Shown: positions 37,292-50,062 of the stretch, piece by piece
Layout: each line of letters begins with the position of its first letter
Numbering within the stretch: the first letter of the stretch is position 1
DNA from: Marsupella aquatica
Lineage: Eukaryota > Plantae > Marchantiophyta
Reading direction: 5' to 3'
NCBI GenBank assembly: GCA_973895155.1
Contig: OZ316899.1
Span: forward strand, 6,947,241-7,011,240
Length of the DNA stretch: 64,000 nucleotides
The notes under the pieces: generated by a model
Seen by the model: only the letters and a program-made list of their open reading frames with translations
What the model was told of the DNA's origin: nothing
The model's database searches: none
Position numbers and translations under genes: made by a program

Positions 37292-39424
37292 TTGTGGATT
37301 GCCAAGCGCAAACAAGGCGGATTCAGTTCATTTAGGCCTGAGGAGAGCGACAAGGGCAAGGGCGGAGCGATGGTGAGCGGAGAGGGGACTGGTGGTGATG
37401 GAGGAGCTTCTGGCAGCATCGGAGGCAACCGAGGGGGGGGGGGTCGATTGAAGGCAATTGTGGATGAGCATTTTTTGGTTGCACAATTGAGTCAAATTGA
37501 TTTCAGCAGTCCAGTAGGGCTGGCATCATTGAGTGCCCTTCTGGGCCAAGCCTTGCAAGCAGGTCTCACTGCAGGGCAAGCAGCAGTAGAGGAGGATGCA
37601 AGGAAGGCAACAGAGCAGGCGGCTGCTGAGAGGAAGCAAAAGAGGGATGAGAGAGCTCAGACTGGAGTGCTCTCGCCTCAAGCATTGGAAAAGAAGAGGA
37701 GGAAAGATGAGAGAGACCTGATCAAGAAACAGAGGGAGGAGCAAAGAAAGAAGGAGGCAGCAAGGAAGAAGTTGCCTCTGATTACTTTAGAGGATGAGGG
37801 ATTCCCACCGAGCTTGCTTACAATGGGGCCAAGAGCACAATCAGGCACATTGTATCCACAAATTTTGCAAGAGGAGTCGAGTGGGGCACTCGCTCAAAGG
37901 CAGAGCAGAAGCGAGTCATCAATCAGGTGAAAGATGCATTTCGAAATGGAGGAGAGATGGATTCACAATGGCTTGCTGACAAAATTTCAAACTTCATGTC
38001 ACAAGCTAGATACCATGATAGAATGAAGATCAGGTCCCACCTTAGAGATTTGGAGGAGTATAGGAATTTGCAGAGGCCGCTACAATTCTCAGAAGATATC
38101 TGGCAGGCCTTCTACCAGACAGAGGTGAAGTTGAAAGCAGCCAGGCTCCTCAATGATTTCACAGAGAAGCTGGCAAAGGCTCGAAGGGCAAAGGAGGCCG
38201 GGAAGTCTGACCGGGACCTGAAGGTGATGGAGCAGAAGGTAGCCCAGCTCCAGCAGGTTGTAGCAGAAGTAGGAGATCCACCCAACAAGTTCCTGAAGGC
38301 AGTTGAGCGAGTCCGAGACAAGCCCAACATCACCCACAGGCTGGGTCAAGGTGGCCTCCCCGGCCTCAAAGCAACATTCGTGAGTGCACCTCCCTCTCCT
38401 CCCTTGACTTCTTGCTACTCCAATTCCTATTCCAACACACCTGCAATGAGCCAACTCTTTCTTGCATTTCCACCAAGTAGTTACAATTAGACTTGTTGTG
38501 TCAGATTAGGTCACGTACAGTTGCTTCCCTCTCGGGTTTTTGCCATGACAGAGTTTGCAATGCATTTGCAATGCGGGTAGCTTTGCAAATCCTTCGCAAA
38601 CCTTATTATGCCCTTTTTTTGCTTACGTTTGCGAAGGCTTTGCAAACGTAATTGTCCTTATGATTGAGAAGCTGACGCCTTCGCAATAATTCAAAAATTT
38701 GAATTTTTAAATTTTCTGGTCGTTTAAGTGTTCTTTGAGGGTCTTCCCCATATATGCGACCCTCCATAAACCCAAAACCTTGATGCCCCACCCCACCAGC
38801 CCCAACAAACCCCCTAATTTTTAGAAGCCATGTGAATCAGGTTATGGGTTGGTGTTAACCCAATTGTGCTGGTTTTGTTTTGGCTTAGTACAAGAGGAAG
38901 ATTACGGCGGCTGAGATGGAGGTGGGCCAAAAACATGGGAAGGAGCATCTCTTTCAGCAAGTTGATGAATTATTGGTGAGCATTTTTAGGTTATTACATT
39001 CATTGCAATTTTGAATGAATATCTCTTTTGTTCACACTTGTAAAGAATATGAGACTAACAGACACCCTGGTTTGCTAATGGAAGCAGGGAGGGGAGGATG
39101 GTGACTCCCATACAGAGGGTGGCACCGATAGTAGTGATGAGGATGTGGAGGGGACAGGGGAGGGGAGCACAGCTCCTGCTACTCAAGCCAGGCCAACTAG
39201 CACTGGAGACCAGTCATTTGCATCAGCACGTTCCAGTGGTGCTAGGGGTGGTAGCGCAGCAAGCCAGGGCGGTGGAGGTGGGGATGAGGATGAGGATGAG
39301 GAGGAGGATGAGGAGGAGGAGGAGGGTGACCCCAAGGGTGACCAAGAGGAGGAGGAAGTCCAGGTTGCACCCCCCCCAAGAGCACGCAAGGGCAAGGAGA
39401 AGGCCAAGGGGAAGAAGGCGAGGA
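37292..39424 (+). pseudogene. CACTA second gene, possibly TnpA/Ptta-En/Spm-like, multi-exon, cut by CACTA 2
   Basis: RPLQFSEDIWQAF...ITHRLGQGG resembles the P...W...H.LG.GG pattern of En/Spm ORF2 proteins; donor GTGAG at 38380; acidic and basic low-complexity exon 39090-39424. Confidence 0.5.
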
Positions 39425-39921
39425 CACAACTACATTTTTGCATTTCGAGACCAGGTTGAACCTAACCCAAGAAGACGTTCCTTCCATTAAAGTCGGACTA
39501 TACGTCGTTAATTTCCGGACTGTTGTCGGATGTCATCCGCAGATTCGATGGGATCAGATAACGTCGATTGTTGTGACATTAAGTTTACGTCCTTTAAGAC
39601 ACAGTAAGTTACCTCGTATCATACGTTGTACCTCTCATTACGTCTTTCGCGATGAGGTAACTTACCTGTTTCCTAAAGACATAAATTAGAACGATGTATA
39701 GGACGACGTCCATAAGTTTAGGCGTTTGGAACGACGTATCTGCAAATATGTCGTCATAGAATACCATACGTACATTGGGAAAAACAACGTTAATTCCACA
39801 TATCAGCGTTGGACAGACTCAACTATAGGTGGGAGGCTCACTATAGCCAACATTCCCGAGTGAAGACATCAAAGGTCCTTAGTGTAGAGAAGTTGAACCG
39901 TGGGAGGCAAAGTGTTCAGCT

Positions 39922-40482
39922 ATGGTGCGGAAGTTCTTTGCAAATGTGCATTGTTGTTTCCTCCCACTTGGTGAGAAGGAGAAGATGGTTCGAGGGTTCT
40001 TTTGCCGTGGAGGGCTTGTTGACAAGCTATGTACCTCACAGACCAATTTCTTGATTGCAAATACGTGGAAACAGGTTGTGGAGCACTTCAATGACTATGC
40101 TGGCTTGATCGAGCATTTCGCTGAAACCTTGCATTTCATCTCTACTCGGTGGGTAGAGTGCTCCATTCTTGCCAACAAGCAGCTGGACCCAGGAGAGTTC
40201 TTGTTGCATCCGAGCAGTGATCGTGGTCTGGAAGATTCGCCCGAGGATGATGATGGTGAGGCCTACCCTCCCACCTTGTCTAAATGTGAGCTGTCACCCA
40301 CTGAACTTCAGATTGCTATGTTTGATTACAAGGAAAGTTGTGCAGCCGAGGTGGAGGCTAAGAGGCTACAGGCCGGTGAAGCTGTTGTCCGGAAGAATTG
40401 TAATGCCAGCCAAAGGCGTGCTTCGTACAACAAGAGGAAAGCGGACGAGGAGTACTACTGGTCTGGAGAAGGGACTCCTTAA
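39922..40482 (+). CDS. Hypothetical 186-aa cargo protein of CACTA 2
   Basis: Open ATG-to-TAA frame, AATAAA at about 40597, bounded by motif arrays; no recognisable domain. Confidence 0.4.
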   Translation: MVRKFFANVHCCFLPLGEKEKMVRGFFCRGGLVDKLCTSQTNFLIANTWKQVVEHFNDYAGLIEHFAETLHFISTRWVECSILANKQLDPGEFLLHPSSDRGLEDSPEDDDGEAYPPTLSKCELSPTELQIAMFDYKESCAAEVEAKRLQAGEAVVRKNCNASQRRASYNKRKADEEYYWSGEGTP

Positions 40483-41133
40483 TCAACATCAGTCTGGAGG
40501 GAGGTTGTAGAGGGATGACCATGACTCATGTAGGCTACATTTGCAGTAGAAAGGATGGTAGAGCTATAGTGTATCTCTATATGGTCTATGTGCAGCAATA
40601 AACACATCCATGAATGTTATTTGTCGCAAAAATTGTGTGGTTTGAATGTTGTATCTTTTTCCCGTGATTAACGTCAAAAATCATTTGTTACGTAGAATGA
40701 AACGTCGTATGTAAATTGCTAACGTCGTTATACTCGTGGTAATATAATTTTGTTGCTACATACATCGTTAAGTACATTGTTTTTACCTTGTTACAAAGTA
40801 TAGGATGACGTTAAAGAGAGTTATAACGTCGGATAATGGTTCGGTACACGACGTTGAATCGTGTTACGTCGAGGAGGCGTAGCTACAAACGACGTAGAAA
40901 ATTATGCATTGACGTAAAATTCCAAGGATGACGTTAATGACAGGTATCCCTTGTAGCAGAAGGCCGAGGGATCATGTGCATAAATGTATGGTTGTTACTT
41001 GTTTCCTTACCAAGTTATTAACACAAGCCCATCCCACTCTCCAAATACACAGATGCCTAGGCCATGAAATATGTGTGTTTATATGCAAGGAGTGACAATA
41101 GTCAATACAAATGGCGATAGTGAGTCTATCATG

Positions 41134-42240
41134 TCAATCCTCATCGTCTCCAAGAGCTGATGGCATGAAGCCCTTCCTACGGCGTGGAAAGATGGGAATC
41201 ACAATGGACCATACTCCCATGGTCTGCATCGGAACCATAATGCATTGATCCACTTGGCTAGGAAAAACTATAGTGTCACTAAACTCAGTCCCGCTTGCTG
41301 CAACACGGGTCGTGTCCACATGATAAAATCCACACTCATCCTTCACCATGGTAGCTCTTGCTGGAGGTGACATGATGGACTTGTGCCACCTCACCTCTAA
41401 CACCGTGGTGGTAAACGAGCCAAAATTAACATCCAAAATATGTAAGACAATGCCACAATAAGGAACCTCAACATCACCTACATCGGTCACCATATGTACC
41501 CCAGAGTTACAAGTACTCTTCTTCATATGGTCCGTCCTCCAAGTCCAAAAGTGGTGCCCTGACTCATACATGTGAGTATGAGTCATAGCCCACATCAAAG
41601 GCCCCCTAATGATGTTCTGTACATCAATGGGAATGAATGTAGGGCCATGCACTGCCAGGAGCCCCTCCATGCGCTCCAAGGCCCATATGCAAAATGATGC
41701 ATGAACACGCTCTCGTGCTGCCCCTATCCGCTGCTGCTCCACCCATGCCCTGCAAGTACTGGGTCACATATATATTAGTGACCACCCTAAACCCTAAACC
41801 TTGAATGTACATTTTAAATCTAAGTAGGACTCAACATGAAGGATTACGTCCCTACCTATACAACTCTCTTCAATCTGACATCTTTGTGTGGTTCTCCAAC
41901 ACATAATTGTGGATTTGTCGGCAAAAAATGTCATCATGTAATGATCGCTTCTTTGATGCGCCCATCACTCGCAACCCACCGTTGTCATCATCTTGTGCCT
42001 CTTCCCAAGCTATGGGAGCTTGTGTGTCCAAACTCCCTATCACCCCGCTTGAGTAGAAGAGGCACTCCGACATGATATACCCTGTTGCCATACTTCCCTC
42101 TGGTCGAGCGGGTTGGTGCACCCAAGACTTTAGCACTTTCATGAACCGCTCTACCCAATACATCCACCGCGCATGCACTGGACCAGCAATGGCTACCTCG
42201 TCCACCAAATGACATAGCAAATGCAACTACATGTCAAAAA
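41134..42240 (-). pseudogene. CACTA transposase 3' part (DUF4218/DUF4216-like)
   Basis: HLLCHLVDEVAIAGPVHARWMYWVERFMKVLK..RPEGSMATGY; VKDECGF..FPSQVDQC; homologous to 29504-30800. Confidence 0.85.
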
Positions 42241-42241
42241 T

Positions 42242-44857
42242 TGTGATGCCTAACCAGGAATCACTAGGCCGGTTAAGTGGGAAAATGAAAGTGTACCCTA
42301 GAAATATCTTAGTATAGTTACAAGAATGAGGAAAATATAAACAATTAAGGGTGACTATGGAACCCGGGCCGAGGCTGGAAGTAAGGACGCCGGGGGAGAG
42401 AATACGATTAGGGTTAGGGCGCACTAAGTGTCGGTGGCTAGGGGTAACCAACAGTAGGGAAGACCAGAGGAGGAGAGGGGTAAGGACAGCTTGCGAGGAA
42501 TGGTGGCTCATTTGCAAGCATGAACTGGGCAGACGACTACGGGAGGCCAAATATTGTCAGCTGCTTAGGCAAGCACTCTGGGTGGGAGCAGATACCAACA
42601 AACAACTCAAGAAGGGTATGACCAACGTCAATCAAGCGACACATTTTTGGGGATGCTTGTTCGAACGGGCAACTGAGTACATTGGGACTTACGAGGACGA
42701 AGAATCAGAGAGAGCAGCTCGAGAACGGTAGGAGCTTGCTCGACTGTGGGAGCTGCAGAAATCTGCCTTCTTAGGAGGAGAATTCATCAAGGCCGAGTTC
42801 TTGTGGACTCCTACTGCCAATCAGCTTGACGACCTTCTGTTTTGCGAAAACAGGATTGTCGGCATTCGGGAAGCCATCAACCGCTGCAACAACATACATT
42901 GGGAGTTGAAGGGTAGCACGGAGAGGTGGACAAAGGCAACCGTGCTAGGAGAAACATCCACGGCAGCCAAGATGAAGAGGAAAGGAAACAACAACAAAGA
43001 GGCCACCCCGGCAAAAAGAACGAGGTCGGCGGCACCAAGGAAGCCAGCAGAGCAGGGAAGCAGGAGGCAGGCGGAAGCCAAAGAGGAGGAGGTCAATCCC
43101 ATCAATGCCATTCCAACAAAGGATGACACCTGGAAAGGCTGGGCGGCGACCCTACCAGAAGAAGTGCAACTGCATTTTGCACGGGATGAGGATGCATGCT
43201 TTACGGCCATGCAGACCAAGAAGTACCAGGGCTTCATGGCCGGATCCGGCTTGGAAGCCTTCGTAAAATTACCATGGCTAAAGCCGGAGGTGTCGGATTC
43301 AGACTTATTAGAATTCATGGGATCATGGGAGCCCGAGACCAATTCCACAAGGGTGTATGGGAAGGATTTCTATCTCACTCCCCGGGTGATTGCCGAAGTG
43401 TTTGGCTTGCCGATGGGCAATAAGACCAAAGTAGATACCAGGAAGACCTTGCCAAACAAGGAGTTCCGGTCGTTTCCAGGGCCATCAACAAAGAATGGCT
43501 TCTTTCGAAACACCTGCACCAACCCACACATAGGAGAAATGATCCATTTCTTGCGGGTGACCATGCATTGAAACTTGCCGAGGGCAGAGATTGGCAAGGC
43601 ACAGGTCTATCTGGCGGAGAGGCCAGACCCAAGCCGAGACTACAACGGGTACCTCCTCACCCAACTAAAGAAGATCTTGAAGGAGGAACAACTGGTGATC
43701 GGCATGGGAAGCGTGTCCCAGCTTGGCTATCACATGCCGTTGTTGTGCCGGTATGCCAGAAGTCAGATCTTTGCCCCAGTACTTCCCCTGCAGGCGAGGG
43801 CACTAGAGGAAGTCCCGGAGCAGAGGCCGAGAACAGAGGAGCCCAACCAGCCCGCCAGTCCTACGATCGAGCAGATGTTTCAGCCAAGAAAAGAAGACTT
43901 GCCGATGCAGCAATTAGGCATGCAAAATCTGCTGAAATTGCTGGAAAAGGAGAAGAGAACGGCACCAGTACAGGACACTGCCCCAGAGGTCGGCCTAAGC
44001 CAACTCAGGAGGGAAAACCCCTTTACCAAAGCCAAGGTGAGAAGGAGGCCAGAACACGAGCCGGGAGTTCGAATGTATGTGGGAGCCTCCAGCCCCAAAT
44101 TGGAGGCAGAGCAGCCTAAGGCTCCTGCCCACGGAAAGCAGAAGATAGCTTGGAAGCCAGAGGAGGAACCAGGGCCGATGATCTATGAGGCCGTTTTTAT
44201 GGTGGGACCAGGAGAACAGAGGGGGAAGTCGGGAGTCCAAGCAGTGGAGGAGGCGGTGGAGGACTACAGCAATGATAACTCCGGCTATGGGTCGGATCAT
44301 CATGTACCAGGAGTAAGAACCTGTGGCCGCTTTATCCCCACGCTTCCAAGAGTAGTTCGAGGGGATCCCACCCAACAGAGCAGCCCCGAGTCCCCCCCAC
44401 CAGATGTCGCTCCCCCGAGCTTTGACGACATAAAGCAGACGGCACAAGAGTTTCAGGAGCGACTCAAAGAGGAAGAGAAGGCAGCCCTGGCTAGGGAGAA
44501 AGATTACCAGGAGGAGATTGGCCGGAGGACATCAGGCGGCTTGCCAAAAAAAGAAGCAACCCTCTTGCCACCATAGAAGAAATTCGCAGGGCGGCTTGGG
44601 AACAGAGGCCGAGGTGGTTGATGCCGATGACTTCTACTTACTCCACCTATGCTAAAGATAGAGCCATGGAGTACGGGGAGATGTGTGGGGAACTTGCGCT
44701 TAGCATCTTTGGGGAGGAGTTGGAGCAGGGACCCTTTTTCTAGAGGGAGATATTGGAGAAGCACCAATTAGAAGAAGCGGTGGCTTTGGAGAGAAGCAAG
44801 AAGGACGAGGTCATCCGACGGCTTAGGGAGATGGAAGCCGAGGTGGAAGACCTAAAC
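42242..44857 (+). mobile_element. Family B LTR-like unit, second copy, 3'-truncated, with decayed ORF from ATG 42357
   Basis: Begins TGTGATGCCTAACCAGGAATCACTAGGCC inside the CACTA 2 transposase; collinear with the reverse complement of 15500-18070. Confidence 0.75.
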
Positions 44858-47230
44858 CATCGAGGGAAGTTTGACAATCATGCAGAAGATTTAGGGTTTA
44901 GGGATCTCTTTGCATCTTTTTGGGATATCCAGAAGACTCCACATCAAGAGATGTCTATAGGGTTAAACAAACAATGGATCCCAAGGTGATTGTGGCAAGA
45001 GATGTTCGATTTAAAGAAGACCAGCTTGGTGGAAAAGGACCAGTTACTTCAGAGTTGTATGATCCCGTGCTTTTTCCACTTCCAATAGCACCAGCACCAA
45101 CACCAACTCCAGTGGGAGCACCAGTGCCAGCACCGGCACCAGGTCTAGTGGGAGCACCAGCACTAGCACCAGTGGTAGCACCGGCCTTAGCTCAAGTGGG
45201 AGCTAATGCACCTGATGTTAGAGAAGAGGCAACTGAAATTTCAAGCACATGAAAGAGGATCACAACCAAGTAGTCTGTCCACTACCACGATCCAGGTCCA
45301 GGTCCACAGAATCATTTGCAACACCTTTTGATGAATTTGAAGGTTCAATAGAAGATGATGCCTCTACTCACATTGAATTCTCATAACCAGAATTTGGAAG
45401 GGGAAAGAGGAAGAAGATACCAACGAGGACATATGGTTTTGACTCTGATTCAGCCATTGTGGCCTTAGTGACTGAATCTGGTCCAAGAATGGTGGAACCT
45501 ACTTCTTTGAAGGAGGCACTTACAAGACCAGATGCATAGCAATGGAGGAAAGCCATTAATGATGAGTTAGACTCATTGAAGAAAAACAACACATGGACCA
45601 TAGTCAAGCTTCCTCAAAATGGAAAGGCGGTGGGCTGCAAGTGGGTATTCAAGTTGAAGTACAACCTGGATGGAAGTATTGCAAGATACAAAGCTAGACT
45701 TGTAGCCAAAGGCTACCCCCAAGTCTATGGGGTTGATTACTTGGATACTTTTTCACCAGTAGTGAAAATCACATCTATAAGGCTAATTCTATCCTTGGTG
45801 GCCTTTTATGACCTTAAGGCCATCCTTTTAGATGTGAAGATAGCATTCCTGAATGGCATATTCACGGAACCAATTAATCTACATGGAGTTGCCTGAAGGA
45901 TTAGAGTGGTTGGAGATAATTCTTGACCCTAAAATGGTATGTCTCATATTGAGGGTATTATATGGCCTCAAGCAATCCTCTAGGTTATGGTATAAGAGGA
46001 TTGACACTTTCTTGTTAAGCATAGGGTTTAGAAAGTGCATAGCTAACTCAAATGTGTACTATTATGAGTCAGGAGGAAACTTTTTGATATTATTTAGCTC
46101 TATATGTTGATGATTCCATACTTGCAAGCAAATACACCAACATATTAGCTGAAGTCAAAAAGACACTCATGAGAATTGCAAGGCAGTGCATACTCCAGTT
46201 GAGTTGGGCTTACAACTAAGCAAGGAGGATAGCCCACAAACTCATGATGAAAAGTTACAGATGGAGACTGTACCATACCAGAATGCAGTTGGAAGCCTCA
46301 TGTGGGCTATGATCTACACAAGGCCCGACTTATCCTATGCAGTTGGGTCAATGGCACGTACAATTCATGTCCAATCCAGGTCCAAAACATTGGATGGCTG
46401 TGAAGCCAATTTTTTGGTACTTGAAGGGCACATCAAGTATGGGTTAGGTGTATAAAAGATCAGAATCTTTTATTCCCTTACATGGATATACTGATGTTGA
46501 TTGGGGAGGAGATATTGACACAAGAAGATCAACCTCTGGTTATAATTGCTTCATGCTGTCAAGTGCGCAGTATTGAGTTGGGCAAACAAAAAGAAGAAAT
46601 TTGTAGCCTTGTCTAGCACTGAAGCAGAGTACATGGCCTTATCAAAGGCATGCACTGAGATAGTATATATGGTTGAAAAGACTTCTTGGAGACTTGCATC
46701 ATCAGCAAGCAAGAGCCGTCATTCATTGTGATAATCAAAGTACTCTTAGCCTACTTGAAGCATCTCGGCTTCATGATAAGAGCAAGCACATCAATATTCA
46801 ATATCACTTTAGTAGGGAGCTAGTTGATAGTGGTGAAATAGAAGTAATCTATTGTCCCACCGAGGAAATGGCAGTGGACATTCTCACCAAAGGACTTCCA
46901 AAGGACAAACACATTTATTTGAGAAAAATGTTGGGGCTTTATTAGGGTTCTAATTTAGTCACTAAAGTGGGAGTATTAGAAAAGGTCTAATTGGTAGACC
47001 ACCGTCCTTAGTTGTAGGCGACCATCCTAAATTAGTGACTTAAATTAGACCATGAGGTGAGCTATGTTATAGGCACATGTGAGGGAATGTGTAGCATGAG
47101 AGAATACACAATATTCTTGTTTGAACTTGACCAAGCATCCAAGGGGATGCCACTCCATGTATAAAACCCCTCACTACTCAATGACATATGCACCGCATTT
47201 CCACATTCTTGGGCTCATGGATTTCTAACA
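44858..47230 (+). mobile_element. Degenerate Ty1/copia 3' half (integrase tail, RT, RNase H, PPT, 3' LTR 46974-47230)
   Basis: ARDVRFKE; CKWVFKLK..RYKARLVAKG; LYGLKQS; ALSSTEAEY; HCDNQS; DILTKGL; PPT AAAGTGGGAG; LTR T(A)TTAGA...TCTAACA with TATAAAA at about 47160. Confidence 0.88.
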
Positions 47231-48825
47231 ATATTGGCGTTCACGGTGAATCAAACAAGGGTACCCTCACTCTGACATTGGTGTAATGAGAAACCCTCGG
47301 TAGGTTTACAGGGCAGTCAATTTAGGGATGCGTCTACGGTGAATTTATGAGAAGAACAAAATGGTGGAAGGCAAACACTCTGTCGGACTACTCTGTTTGA
47401 TAGGTCAGCAAGATATGTCGTCCACTCATTTTAAGGATCAGAAGGCACGGCATTGTAACAAAATTGTTTTCTTTGAGGGAGAATCGACAGTTCAGTTCAC
47501 AGGTGACTAGCGTGGTGGTCGGAAATGGAAGGGGCTACTTTGATAGCAACAGATGAAATTGAAATTGACGGTGAGTATGTCACTCGATGATAGGTCCTGC
47601 ACTTTTCAATTAAGAAGATGCTTGCTTCCGTAATTTGGAGAAGCAAAATTTGTCACAAACTGGTTTTGCAAAAAAGAAGTCACTGTCGTCTCATGTAAAC
47701 TGTTACTGCAATGCTCTTGGAAAGGTAGCAGTATTTTCACCTTTTGTTGTGTTTGTAGGATCGAATGTAACGTTGCCTAATGATTTTTGGAACAGATAGC
47801 ACGTCGACAGTGTGGCATTCTTGCACACCAGCGAGGATACAGCGTGAAGTGGGAGGTGATCCAGACCAAATTAGTATTGTAGTGAAACTTGGACTCCTTT
47901 CGACCTTCTTGATCACTTATAGGAGAACGGCAAAAAATGGTGTGACTGATTTTCTAATGGGATTTGATTTCTCCTCCAAATCGTGTCAGTTTTGAGACAG
48001 GACACTTACAATCACAAAGGATGTGTGGAGGCATTTCAGTTGCCATCAGGACATTACTCAAAGTATAAGGCTTGATGGAGAGACCCGGTGTTGGATGACA
48101 TGTTTTCAGAAGGGCGGGCCAGTGGGAACTGTTACAGGTTGGGTACATTGAAATCACCCTATGACCAATGGAAAGGTGCAATAAGGGTGGTCGAGGAGCT
48201 ACTATGTAGAAACACCAAACCCCCACAAATAGATGGGAAAACAATGTGGTACTTTTACGCACATTTGCACTCATCTTTACAGGGCAAAAAGCGTCGGAAG
48301 CAATTGGAGCCCACATCCATGTCGGACTGATGTGATCTGAATTACGCGGACAAAGATGAAGTCATTGAAGAAGCATTTGTCAAGAACAAAGAAACCACAT
48401 AAGAGGTATCCAGCATATTGTGGGACTTCTCTAACGCACCTCCTACTACACTTGGGATGTTCTTGGGAAAGCCTGAATGGGCCTGAAAATCAAGTTGATG
48501 GCAATGAAGCCCTTGTTAGCAATGATGGCCGAGCATCGGTAACTATTTTAGCGATCCACGGTACAGGCAGTTCAAGAGAAGGGCACGTTGGGGATGATTT
48601 ACTCACGGTCGTGGATTCCAGTCAGCCAACTGCAATTGGTCCACGTAGTGATTGTTTTGTTGATACCCAACAAGTGCATAATATGGCAGAGTATGCTCGA
48701 AAAGCCTCCACTGTAATATCCTCTCCAATTAAACAAATGGAATGTAGGGAAGAATACTTACGAGAGTCTATTCAATCCCTCACAGCGCGATATACTTCAG
48801 ATTTAGAAATATCAAGTAAACCCGC

Positions 48826-48992
48826 TTTAAAGCAACGAGAGTCGGAAATCATGCTGGAATTGAAGAGTGCTTTGAAGCAATGAGAGTCGGAGATGTTGGA
48901 ATTGAAGAGTGTTTTGAAGCAACGAGAGTCCGAGATGTTGGAACTGAAGAGTGCTTTGAAGCAATGAGAGTTGCAGATATTGGAATTAAGGA
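48826..48992 (+). repeat. Tandem repeat of about 42 bp x4 encoding (LKQRESEMLELKSA)n
   Basis: TTTGAAGCAA(C/T)GAGAGTCGGAGATGTTGGAATTGAAGAGTG units at the end of ORF 48356-48883; alternate copies carry CGA>TGA. Confidence 0.85.
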
Positions 48993-50062
48993 GTATGCCA
49001 ATACAGGTAATAGTATCCATAACTCAGGCAAATTGTACACTTTCATGCACGTCTCCTTGAAATATTGAAACAATATTACTGTGGTGAATTTGAGTTTCTA
49101 GAATACCTGCTAGTTCATTTAAGAACAAGAACCGTGCAAATCAGGTTGCAGGAAATACCATGAAGTTATGTCAGTATGGGGAAACTTCATTTTTGACGCA
49201 GCAGTCTATGACGGGTGTGGAGGATGTGAGGTAGAAATTAGTTGGATCGGAGGGGACCCTCCAGAGCTCAACTAGGTCTGGGGGTGCCGTGGGTTCTCAT
49301 GGTTTGCGGGTGTTAGCTCGCCCGCTTGCCAAATCCTGCCGAACAGCAGCCAAGCCGCGTTCAGTCTCCCAAGGGAGCTTGCGTTGGGGAGGCAAGGCCA
49401 AGTAGGTGTGAAGGCTGAGTTCCGAGGGTGCTCGGCCCCTAGACCACCAGTGGGGCAAACCGGGAGCGGTTGCTAGAGTCGGGCCATTCTGGTCCCAGCG
49501 TCTTGGGACAAGCTTTAGGACAAGCTACGCTATTTGGGCCATGAACATGTCCTGAGGTCAGGGTGGTCAGTTGGTGATGGATAGGTATGAGGGGGAACCC
49601 GGGCCGCGCCCAAGGAAGAAGTTGTTTTGGACGAACAATGGGCGTGGATTCTGGTTCTGGCTTATGGCATTGAGAGGACCTATCGCTGACCTATTTACCA
49701 ACGTCTGTTGAGCTTGAGTTAGGATGCTAGACTTGGCGAGTTCTAGATCCTGAAGGGTTACTTACCGAGGTGCTTGGTTGCTTGTGCAGATAGGGAGGAC
49801 CGTTGAGTAGCGGTCATGTTAGAGAGCAAGGGTGGCTTTGTATGGGCAGGGCCGCTGGCGGTGCAAAGGGGCACTAGGTTGCTTGCTCGAGGTATTCTGT
49901 GGAGGCGTTCGGGCACCAAGGGCACTTAGACGTGAGTGCTGGGATTGGTGAGGGCGCAGGGTGGCAAAGTCCACCACTATTAAGCTTAACAAGCTGCTTC
50001 AAATGAATCTATGCACAACACATGATGTATTCTAGAACTCAAGTTATAGATCAAAGAACACC

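Larger units (their letters stand above)
24216..39424. mobile_element. CACTA (En/Spm) transposon 1; other end not seen
   Basis: CACTACTACATATTTGC terminus exactly where the copia gag breaks; subterminal TTGCGAA/TTGCAA arrays (24230-24440, 28400-28710); Tnp2-type transposase inside. Confidence 0.85.
39425..42241. mobile_element. CACTA transposon 2 (one end plus 3' part of transposase), nested in CACTA 1
   Basis: CACAACTACATTTTTGC at 39425 matches the CACTA 1 terminus at 15/17; dense GACGT/ACGTCG arrays at 39470-39810 and 40670-40940; transposase remnant. Confidence 0.75.
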
